Position numbers and translations under genes: made by a program. A DNA stretch of 24,000 nucleotides from Pseudobdellovibrio sp. HCB154 (GTDB lineage Bacteria > Bdellovibrionota > Bdellovibrionia > Bdellovibrionales > Bdellovibrionaceae), in assembly GCF_046267985.1 (NCBI RefSeq), contig NZ_CP176530.1, positions 478,881-502,880 of the forward strand. Reading direction: 5' to 3'. A model generated the notes under the pieces. It searched no databases and was not told where the DNA came from. It was given only the letters and a program-made list of their open reading frames with translations. Shown piece by piece: positions 6,979-14,803 of this stretch. Each line of letters begins with the position of its first letter. The stretch's first letter is position 1.

Positions 6979-9684
6979 CTATTGAAAACGAGTTAACGCT
7001 TCTTTAAGTGAAACGATTTGTACTTTTGATTGCGCCAGTAATTGGCGGTCGGCGGCGATCACGTCTTCATCAGCATTTGCTACGAACTTTTCGTTAGAAA
7101 GTTTGTTCGTTAAAAGATTGATATCTTTATCAAGCTTTTCAATTGTTTTTTGGATACGTTTTAACTCTTCACCAAAATCAACTAAACCTTCAAGCGGGAT
7201 GATCACTTTTACTTGCGCTTCACGTACTGATACCGGAGCCACGGCACATTTCATTAAGTTACCATCAGCACCGATGTCTAAGTTTTCTAAACGACCGATG
7301 GTCATGATCGCGGTGCGGTTCTCAGATAACGTTTTTTGAACTGAAGCTTCAGTCACGCCTAAACGAACAGTTAACTTCGTAGCTGGGCTAATACGGTTTT
7401 CACCGCGGATATTACGGATCGCTGTGATCACTTCTTTAACGATATCAATTTCATGCTCAGATTTTTTATTACCTAAAGCTAATAGCTCTTTATCGTTCGC
7501 CACTGTTGGGTACTGATCAATGATACAAGCTTCGCCTTTTAGCGGAAGTTTAGCATAGATCTCTTCAGTGATAAACGGGCAGAACGGGTGAAGAAGTCTG
7601 ATCATACGGTTTAGAACCTGTGCCATCACAAGTTGTGTCGCACGTTTTTCTTCTAAGTTCGTTGATTGCATGATTGGTTTTGAAAATTCAATATACCAGT
7701 CACAGAACTCATTCCAGATAAAGTGGTATAATTCTAAAGCGGCTTCAGAAAACTTTTCGCCTTCTAAAGATTCTTGAACTTTCTTTTCCACTTCGCCTAA
7801 TTTTGAAATGATCCATTGGTCAAATACGCTTGTGTGCGCTTTATTTGGTAAAGCCTTTAAACCTTCAGCTGGAATAGGCATATCGGCAATGTTTGATAAG
7901 ACGAAACGAGAGGCATTCCAAACTTTATTCATAAAGTTACGGTAACCCTCTAAACGTTGTTCAGAGAATTTAAAGTCTTTGCCGCTAAATAAATGGGCTA
8001 AGAAGCTAAAACGTAAAGCATCAGCTCCGTATTTATCGATCATATCGATTGGATCAATCGAGTTACCTAAAGATTTAGACATCTTACGGCCTTGGCTATC
8101 GCGCACTAAACCGTGAACGTAAACCGTTCTAAACGGCACATCTTTTTTAAATTCAACGCCCATTACGATCATTCTGGCTACCCAGAAGAAAATAATATCA
8201 TGACCAGTCACTAGGTAATTAGTTGGATAGAAAGTTTTTTGTGTTTCAACCGAGTGTTGGTCTTCATTTGGCCAACCCATAGTTGAAAACGGCCATAACG
8301 CTGAAGAGAACCACGTATCTAACACGTCTTCTTCTTGAGTTACTTTTGTACTTCCGCAGTGTTCACATTTCTCAGGAGCGATTTCAGCTACCGTGTGCTT
8401 TTCACAATCACCGCAGTGCCAAGCAGGAATTCTATGACCCCACCACAATTGGCGCGAGATACACCAGTCTTCGATGATGTTCATCCAGTGAAGGTAAACT
8501 TTTGTCCACGATTCTGGTTCAAAGCGGATTGTGCCTGATTCAACTACGCGTTTAGCAGGAGTCGCCAACTCTTCCATTTTTAAAAACCATTGTTCAGATA
8601 AGAACGGCTCAACCACAGCGTCTGTGCGCGAGCAGTGACCTACCGACATCATGTGTGGTTCTTCTTTAACTAATAAGCCAAGTGCTGTTAAGTCTTCGCG
8701 AACTTTTTTACGCGCTTCTTGAACTTTTAAACCCTGGTAAGGACCAGCGTTTTCATTCATCGTCGCTTTTTTAGTTAAGATATTAATGAAATCTAATTTG
8801 TGAGTTTTACCGATTTTGTAATCGTTAAAATCATGCGCCGGGGTAATTTTCACAACTCCAGATCCGAAATTAAGATCAACATAAGTATCTGCGATGATTT
8901 TAATTTTACGATTAATTAACGGAACGGTAACTGTTTTGCCGATTAAGTGTTTGTAACGTGGATCATCCGGGTGAACGCAAAGGGCTGTATCGCCTAACAT
9001 CGTCTCTGGACGAGTCGTTGCCACTGTTAAAAGTTCACCCGTGCCATCAACCGGGTAGTTGATGTGGTAAAGAGTTCCCTTAACTTGTTTGTGTTCTACT
9101 TCAAGATCTGAGATCGCTGATTCAAGCGGGCCTGACCAGTTCACTAAACGTTGGCCTTTGTAGATTAAATTCTTTTTGTATAAAGAAACGAAAACTTTAC
9201 GAACCGCTTTTGATACGCCTTCATCTAACGTGAATGTGGCGCGATCCCAGTCACAAGAATCACCAAGTCTGCGCATTTGACGGTAAATGCGGTCGCCGTA
9301 TTCGTGTTTCCATTCCCAAACTTTTTCTACGAATTTTTCGCGGCCCAGATCATGGCGAGTCACGCCGCCGTTTTTCTTTAATTCTTTTTCAACAACAGTT
9401 TGTGTCGCAATACCGGCGTGGTCTGTTCCTGGTAACCACATAGCATTGTAACCAGACATACGTTTCCAACGGATTAATAAATCTTGGATCGTGTGATCAA
9501 GCGCATGACCTAAGTGTAAAAAACCTGTGACGTTCGGCGGAGGTAAAATAATTGAGAACGGAGGTTTTGTTGATTGATCTTGAGCTTTGAAATAGCCCTT
9601 ATCTTCCCACTGTTTGTAAACAGTAGCTTCAACATCTTGAGGATTGTAACGGTCAGCTAACGTAGTTGGATTTGTCATAGGCAA
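6979..9684 (-). CDS. valS: Valyl-tRNA synthetase
   Basis: PPPNVTGFLHLGHALDH (HIGH class), GRKMSKSLGNSIDP (KMSKS), RQLWWGHRIPAWHC, NEFCDWYIEFSKP, and a C-terminal coiled coil. Confidence 0.97.
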   Translation of the reverse strand: MPMTNPTTLADRYNPQDVEATVYKQWEDKGYFKAQDQSTKPPFSIILPPPNVTGFLHLGHALDHTIQDLLIRWKRMSGYNAMWLPGTDHAGIATQTVVEKELKKNGGVTRHDLGREKFVEKVWEWKHEYGDRIYRQMRRLGDSCDWDRATFTLDEGVSKAVRKVFVSLYKKNLIYKGQRLVNWSGPLESAISDLEVEHKQVKGTLYHINYPVDGTGELLTVATTRPETMLGDTALCVHPDDPRYKHLIGKTVTVPLINRKIKIIADTYVDLNFGSGVVKITPAHDFNDYKIGKTHKLDFINILTKKATMNENAGPYQGLKVQEARKKVREDLTALGLLVKEEPHMMSVGHCSRTDAVVEPFLSEQWFLKMEELATPAKRVVESGTIRFEPESWTKVYLHWMNIIEDWCISRQLWWGHRIPAWHCGDCEKHTVAEIAPEKCEHCGSTKVTQEEDVLDTWFSSALWPFSTMGWPNEDQHSVETQKTFYPTNYLVTGHDIIFFWVARMIVMGVEFKKDVPFRTVYVHGLVRDSQGRKMSKSLGNSIDPIDMIDKYGADALRFSFLAHLFSGKDFKFSEQRLEGYRNFMNKVWNASRFVLSNIADMPIPAEGLKALPNKAHTSVFDQWIISKLGEVEKKVQESLEGEKFSEAALELYHFIWNEFCDWYIEFSKPIMQSTNLEEKRATQLVMAQVLNRMIRLLHPFCPFITEEIYAKLPLKGEACIIDQYPTVANDKELLALGNKKSEHEIDIVKEVITAIRNIRGENRISPATKLTVRLGVTEASVQKTLSENRTAIMTIGRLENLDIGADGNLMKCAVAPVSVREAQVKVIIPLEGLVDFGEELKRIQKTIEKLDKDINLLTNKLSNEKFVANADEDVIAADRQLLAQSKVQIVSLKEALTRFQ

Positions 9685-9697
9685 TCAGCCTAGCAAA

Positions 9698-10027
9698 TTA
9701 GCCTCTATCAGTCACCATTTGCTGATAACCGCCATCAATCAGATAGACGTTTGTATAACCTTTTTTTTCTAAATCTTTGGCGATACGCTCAGATTGCTTG
9801 CCATCAGGGCATAATAATAAAATAGCGAAGTCTTTGGGGATCTTACGGCTATCTAATTCGCTTTGGGTCTGGCTTTCCGTCAGCATGACCTGCCAAGCTT
9901 CAACGTGCAGCTTCTGAATTGACGTGTACCAAGGGGTTAAATCTGTGCCGTAATTGAAAAATAAAAACGGAACGCGGTTTTCAATTAAATTATTTAACTG
10001 GTAATAGCCAATTTTGTTGTAGCTCAT
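9698..10027 (-). CDS. Rhodanese-like single-domain protein
   Basis: ILLLCPDGKQSERIAKDLEKKGYTNVYLIDGGY resembles the rhodanese catalytic Cys loop plus the C-terminal helix and GG motif. 4-nt overlap with the MFS gene and 13 nt from valS. Confidence 0.65.
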   Translation of the reverse strand: MSYNKIGYYQLNNLIENRVPFLFFNYGTDLTPWYTSIQKLHVEAWQVMLTESQTQSELDSRKIPKDFAILLLCPDGKQSERIAKDLEKKGYTNVYLIDGGYQQMVTDRG

Positions 10028-11253
10028 GCAGTCACCTTTTTGCCGTGATCAGGCAGATCTTTAAAAATCATAAAAATAATCGCTAAGGCAAATAACGTAA
10101 AGCCCCCAGCAAGTACAAACGGCGAACCTTTAAAAGTGCTTTGTAATAAAAAGCCACCAATCGCGGGGCCAATCACACGGCCTAAGGCTGATAAACTTTG
10201 TGTTGTACCTAAGGCAATACCTTGTTCTTCAGGCGGCACTAATAACGAAACGCTTCCCATAAACGATGGATTTGTTAATCCGTGGCCTAAAGAAAGTAAT
10301 GTCATCACAACACCCATCATTGGAATACTTGGCGCAAACGCGATGCCTAAAAGGCCTAGGCCTAATAAAAGTAATCCTGCACATAAAACTTTTCTTTCAC
10401 CCACTTTAGGAAGCAAACGGCGAACTAAAAAACCTTGTGTGAAAACAATAATCACACCGATGTAAGCAAAGCCAAAACTCACTTCTTTGATGTTCCAGTT
10501 AAATTTATCTTTCATGTAGAGAACCAAAGTTGATTCCATCAACGCCATTGAAAGTGTGGCTAGTGCAAAGCCTGTAATTAATGGGCCCACAGTTTTCATG
10601 TGAAAGTAGCGCACAAGGTGAGTAAACTTTTTTTGTTTTTCAGAACTGTTTTTCGCTCTGGTTTCAGCGCTGATCGATTCTTTTAAATTAAAGAACGCAA
10701 AGATAAATGTGAATAAGCAAAGTAGAGCAACGCCATACGCGGAGAAGCTGGCGACGAACCCCATGTCTGAGGACATCGTTTCAGCCCACACCGTTAAACC
10801 ACCGCCGATGGCCGGGCCAAATAAAAACCCTAAACCAAAAGCTACGCCAATTACGGCCATACCTTTTGAACGGTTTTCTGGAGTTGTCACATCTGACACA
10901 TAAGCTGAAGCGGTGGAAATTGAAGCGCCAAAAAAGCCAGTCATGATTCGCGCGATAAAAAGCATTTCTAATGAACGAGACCAGGCTAGAACTAAATAAG
11001 AAATCATTTCGCCTAAAAGGCAGTACATTAAAATCGGTCTGCGACCATAGCGGTCAGAAAGTTTTCCCCAAAACGGAGCAAAGATAAATTGCATGAGTGA
11101 ATAACACGACATTAAAAGACCAGCTACCCAAGGAGTGGCGCCGTAGTGTGTGCTCAGTAGGGGCAGAACCGGAATAATCATTCCGAATCCTAAAAGGTAA
11201 ATAAAAACTGTGAAAAAAATTACGATAAGTGGTTTTGCGTTTGGGTTTTTCAT
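10024..11253 (-). CDS. MFS transporter (TetA/multidrug efflux-like)
   Basis: Many TM segments, MFS motif A (GKLSDRYGRRPILM), FGFGMIIPVLP N-terminus, GLGFLFGPAIGG. Confidence 0.9.
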   Translation of the reverse strand: MKNPNAKPLIVIFFTVFIYLLGFGMIIPVLPLLSTHYGATPWVAGLLMSCYSLMQFIFAPFWGKLSDRYGRRPILMYCLLGEMISYLVLAWSRSLEMLFIARIMTGFFGASISTASAYVSDVTTPENRSKGMAVIGVAFGLGFLFGPAIGGGLTVWAETMSSDMGFVASFSAYGVALLCLFTFIFAFFNLKESISAETRAKNSSEKQKKFTHLVRYFHMKTVGPLITGFALATLSMALMESTLVLYMKDKFNWNIKEVSFGFAYIGVIIVFTQGFLVRRLLPKVGERKVLCAGLLLLGLGLLGIAFAPSIPMMGVVMTLLSLGHGLTNPSFMGSVSLLVPPEEQGIALGTTQSLSALGRVIGPAIGGFLLQSTFKGSPFVLAGGFTLFALAIIFMIFKDLPDHGKKVTA

Positions 11254-11317
11254 TTTAGCCGATCTGGACCTTTGTCTTCTGCTCTTAGTATATAAACTCG
11301 GTTACACTGATGTGGCT

Positions 11318-12523
11318 ATGAAAAAAACATCCACTACACTGCGTTCTAAGGTGAATTTGGCCCTTCTAGGATTGGCTCTTTTTTCGACTGCTCAGGCTAA
11401 GGCATTTTTTGATCCTTACCAGGTCTATCGCTCGCAAAGATTCGATCTGGCGATTGATACACAATTCTACAAAACGACAGCTAACTTTGATTCAGGTGGT
11501 GAAAAAACAGATCTGCCATTTGAAAACAGCTATCAGCTTATAGATGTGACACCTCAATTGCGTTGGGGAATGTTCCGTGATTTTGGAGTACGCGTGGGCG
11601 GTAACGTCGGAACCTCGGAGTCGGTTGACCCAATTAATACACGTAACAATTCAACTTTTAACCGCATTGATGTGGGTGCTGATTATCAATTGCTCAACTT
11701 TGATTCTTTTCAGACGATCCTAGATTTTGAATATTCGCATCCTATGGAAAAAGTCAGTGAAACTGGCGATGACAGCTTAAACAGCAATGGTGCCAGCGAA
11801 ATTAAACCAACAGCCATTATGCGCATGGATTTAGGAAGTTTTTATCCTTACGCTTACGTGGGCGGAAATATTCGCTCTGAAGGTTTATCAACACTGTTGA
11901 CTTACGGTGTTGGCGGAGAATTTCGTTTTTCTGAATTGGGATTAGGTGCCGCGCTTGATGGTTTTAGTTCAGTTAAAGATGATCAATACACAAATTCGGC
12001 TTCACGTCGTGATGCGGTCACAACACGTGTGAATGGCGGAAGTAAAAGATTTTATTCAATCAATCCAAATGCTTTAGCTGCAGAACTTTTTGTGAATTTT
12101 GCGATGACAGATTTTATTAAGTTTAAAGCTTACGGCGGAGCTGATGTTACCGGTTCAAATTATTCACAAGGATTTTTTGTCGGAGCCGCTTTAACTTTTA
12201 CGCTTGATTACGGAAATAATGATCACGATGAAGAACCTGTGGTTCGTAAAGCGCGTCCAGCGGCGAAGAAAACAAAAGCGAAGCAACCTGTGGATAATGG
12301 ATTTCGTGAAGATACAAACGATGGCGTAGATCAAAATTATTTTAAATCAGTTGATCCAAGTAATGATGATTATGTGCAACCTATTGAAGAAGAGCAGCCA
12401 CCCCAAAATGGAACCAGCTCAAGTGTTAATCCGAACTCTGAATCTTCAACGCAGCAGGATTTAGATCAGCTCGGTTATACAATCAAATTAAAGAAGCTTA
12501 AAAAGAAAAAGAAGAATCAGTAG
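11318..12523 (+). CDS. Secreted/outer-membrane beta-rich protein with an acidic/Q-rich then Lys-rich C-terminal extension
   Basis: The track ORF begins at 11210 but a signal peptide starts at ATG 11318 (MKKTSTTLRSKVNLALLGLALFSTAQA). Alternating aromatic beta strands are followed by a tail ending IKLKKLKKKKKNQ. Confidence 0.8.
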   Translation: MKKTSTTLRSKVNLALLGLALFSTAQAKAFFDPYQVYRSQRFDLAIDTQFYKTTANFDSGGEKTDLPFENSYQLIDVTPQLRWGMFRDFGVRVGGNVGTSESVDPINTRNNSTFNRIDVGADYQLLNFDSFQTILDFEYSHPMEKVSETGDDSLNSNGASEIKPTAIMRMDLGSFYPYAYVGGNIRSEGLSTLLTYGVGGEFRFSELGLGAALDGFSSVKDDQYTNSASRRDAVTTRVNGGSKRFYSINPNALAAELFVNFAMTDFIKFKAYGGADVTGSNYSQGFFVGAALTFTLDYGNNDHDEEPVVRKARPAAKKTKAKQPVDNGFREDTNDGVDQNYFKSVDPSNDDYVQPIEEEQPPQNGTSSSVNPNSESSTQQDLDQLGYTIKLKKLKKKKKNQ

Positions 12524-12586
12524 TTCTCTTCAACGGGCAATTCGCCACAGTAGCGTTTCTTATTACAATCATAACAAAATAAATCT

Positions 12587-12618
12587 AGACAAGTTTTCTA
12601 TATCAAGATAACTTGTCT
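12587..12618. promoter_or_regulatory. Inverted repeat AGACAAGTT-14 nt-AACTTGTCT upstream of a candidate small ORF
   Basis: 9-bp perfect arms (12587-12595 and 12610-12618) in an AT-rich intergenic region. Possible operator or RNA hairpin. Confidence 0.4.
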
Positions 12619-12644
12619 TCATTCTTATGAAAGGAGAATCGCAT

Positions 12645-12743
12645 ATGATTACACATTTTAATATTATCGCCTTAGGACTTACTGTCGCAGCCAATGTTGC
12701 TATTTCAGATATGACCGATTCTCCTAAGTCGCAGCAATTCTAG
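12645..12743 (+). CDS. Candidate 32-aa small protein MITHFNIIALGLTVAANVAISDMTDSPKSQQF
   Basis: Not in the ORF track. ATG follows the strong SD AAGGAGAATCGCAT; hydrophobic N-terminal half. Confidence 0.4.
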   Translation: MITHFNIIALGLTVAANVAISDMTDSPKSQQF

Positions 12744-12978
12744 CAAGAAAGTATGTTTCCCTAGAGGAAAAATGCCTTTAAAGCGGAAACCTGAAAAGTT
12801 AGAAAGCTTCTAACAAGAGAATCAAAAAAATAAAAAGAATGAAATGAAAACGATAATCATTTTTATCGTCTAAGTTTGTTGTGAATTTTTTCGCAGCCAA
12901 TTTCTCATTCTGCAAATCAAAACAAATTAATAATTTTTATTTAACCGCGTTCGGCAACGGGCGCAAAAAGGACTATTT

Positions 12979-13230
12979 ATGAAAAACGCTAAAAACTATT
13001 TAGCACATTATGAAAATTGGGAAAACGTAAACGCGGAGGAGCTTTGGCGCCTTTGGAAAAGTGTTCTCAAGTGTATTAACCTGATCGCTTATTGCCTTCA
13101 CGCTTTAGTGAAATTAGCGATCGGGTTTTTATTAAACGCCAACTATTTGGTAAAACATCACGAATTAGGAAAGCTACCGGAAGAAATCAACGGTAGCTAT
13201 GCTTGCAGCAGGAACTGGGATCTTAGCTAA
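12979..13230 (+). CDS. Small hypothetical protein, possibly membrane-associated
   Basis: 83-aa ORF with AAGGA upstream of the ATG. Hydrophobic segment CINLIAYCLHALVKLAIGFLL and a Trp-rich N-terminus; immediately followed by/overlapping a terminator. Confidence 0.6.
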   Translation: MKNAKNYLAHYENWENVNAEELWRLWKSVLKCINLIAYCLHALVKLAIGFLLNANYLVKHHELGKLPEEINGSYACSRNWDLS

Positions 13231-13248
13231 GACCAGTTCCTGTTTTTT
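13209..13248 (+). terminator. Rho-independent terminator overlapping the 3' end of the small ORF
   Basis: CAGGAACTGG-GA-TCTTAGCTAAGA-CCAGTTCCTG followed by TTTTTT. The inner TCTTAGCTAAGA is itself a perfect palindrome. Confidence 0.88.
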
Positions 13249-13321
13249 ATTGCTCTCTCTGTCATGTTGTAAATCGTCGTTGGGGAGGGGCGATTTGGTT
13301 TTGGAATTTTATTTTATAAGA

Positions 13322-13807
13322 TTATTCGAGATCCATGTGCTGCATGCGCATTTTCGGCATGTAGGCTTCGGCTTGCTCAAGTAAAGATAAGTGAGCTTGC
13401 GCCATGGCTTTTAGGTTGGCTTCAAATTGCATTCTTGATTTTTTAAGATCAGAAATTTCTTGATAGATTTTACGTAAAGAATCTTTCGCGTCGCGAGTGA
13501 TTGTTTCGGCCTTGTGTTGGGCGTCAGCAATGATTAATTTCACTTCGTGCTCAGTTTCAGTTTTCATTTGATCAGTCATTTTCGTAGCTTGGGTAATAGC
13601 GCTACGTAAAACATTATCGCGGTCACGGTATTCGTGAAGCTGTAATTCTTTTTCTTTTAATTCTTCAGTTAATGTTTGAATTTGTTGCGCCAGGTTTTCT
13701 GTTTGCGCAGCAATAACTGTTAGAAAGTTAACTACTTGTTCAGGATCAAAGCCCATCATCTTACGATCGAAGGTCTTATTTGCTATTTCAGTAGGGTAAA
13801 ATTTCAT
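13322..13807 (-). CDS. divIVA: DivIVA-domain protein
   Basis: N-terminal MKFYPTEIANKTFDRKMMGFDPEQVVNFLTVIAAQTENL followed by coiled coil, as in DivIVA/GpsB-type proteins. Confidence 0.85.
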   Translation of the reverse strand: MKFYPTEIANKTFDRKMMGFDPEQVVNFLTVIAAQTENLAQQIQTLTEELKEKELQLHEYRDRDNVLRSAITQATKMTDQMKTETEHEVKLIIADAQHKAETITRDAKDSLRKIYQEISDLKKSRMQFEANLKAMAQAHLSLLEQAEAYMPKMRMQHMDLE

Positions 13808-13963
13808 TTAATTCCTCCATGAATCAAATTAACGAAACCCGTGGTTCACTATTTTAGTATAGGTAATACTTGCCCCAAAAAAAAGTCGAGTCCAAGGATG
13901 TGCCTATATCCTGTACTTTAGGTTGAGCGACAAAAGTCGTAATGCTTTGTGAGAAAGCCAGAC

Positions 13964-14794
13964 CTACGTCTGGCGGGCGATTTCTTGTGAACGTAAAGCG
14001 GCTTTTTCGAAGCTGATACGTAGGGCGCGTTCGATTTCAAGCTCACGCATTGAATTTAATCCAGCTGCGGTAACGCCTTTTTTAGAAGTGACTCGTTGTT
14101 GTAATTCTTCGATATCAACACCCGCTGATTGCGCAGCTAAAAGTGAAGCGCCAACGAAAGTTTCAATCGTCATCATTTTAGCTTGTTCAGGTGTAAAACC
14201 GTGTTCGATGATCCAATCTTGCCAGTACATCATCATTTCAAAAACAAAGCCTGTACCGCTTGAGCATGAAATCATTAAAGCATCGAATTGATCTTCAGTT
14301 TCTAATTCTAAAATAACACCTAAGCCAGAAAATAAGTCTTTCGTGATTTCAGTGACAACTTCATCTTTTTTATTCGCTAAAACACCTAAAACACCGCGGC
14401 CAATTAATGACGGCGTGTTTGGCATTAAGCGAACCAAGCGTGGTTGTGGAATCATTTTTTGTAATGAACGCATAGTGATTCCCGCAGCTAACGAGATCAC
14501 GATTTGGTTTTCGTTAAACGCCGAAGCCAGGTTGGCCATGGCTTGTGGAAGATCTTGCGGTTTCATTGCTAAAATAACAATGTCACACTCTTCGACGATC
14601 TGTTCATTATGTTCACGCGTTTGAATTTGATATAATTCTTTTAACTTAAGAGGCTTACCCGGAGTGCGGTTTGAAACCAAGATTTGATCTGGTCTTAATA
14701 ACTTTGACTCTACCATTCCTTTGATAAGAGCCTGAGCCATGTGTCCTGCGCCGATGAAACCAACTTTGTACGTCTTAAGTAAAGGATGAGTCAT
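13964..14794 (-). CDS. proC: Pyrroline-5-carboxylate reductase
   Basis: KVGFIGAGHMAQALIKGM, AMKPQDLPQAM, RLMPNTPSLIGRGVLGV, SGSGTGFVF-like SSCSSGTGFVFEMM, VTSKKGVTAAGLNSM. Confidence 0.93.
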   Translation of the reverse strand: MTHPLLKTYKVGFIGAGHMAQALIKGMVESKLLRPDQILVSNRTPGKPLKLKELYQIQTREHNEQIVEECDIVILAMKPQDLPQAMANLASAFNENQIVISLAAGITMRSLQKMIPQPRLVRLMPNTPSLIGRGVLGVLANKKDEVVTEITKDLFSGLGVILELETEDQFDALMISCSSGTGFVFEMMMYWQDWIIEHGFTPEQAKMMTIETFVGASLLAAQSAGVDIEELQQRVTSKKGVTAAGLNSMRELEIERALRISFEKAALRSQEIARQT

Positions 14795-14803
14795 ATAAAA
14801 AGA

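Noticed and set aside
7103-9443. Track ORFs on the plus strand inside valS (7103..7339, 8283..8477, 8335..8538, 9234..9443)
   Set aside because: All lie antisense to the strongly supported valS; no family motifs or convincing SD. Treated as shadow ORFs.
10136-10903. Plus-strand ORFs 10136..10465 and 10709..10903
   Set aside because: Antisense shadows of the MFS transporter; Pro/Lys/Thr-rich compositions typical of opposite-strand reading.
13256-13300. G-rich CGTTGGGGAGGGGCGATTTGG as a G-quadruplex or divIVA terminator
   Set aside because: Too few G-tracts for a classical quadruplex; the AAATCG/CGATTT stem is weak and lacks a clear U-run on the minus strand.
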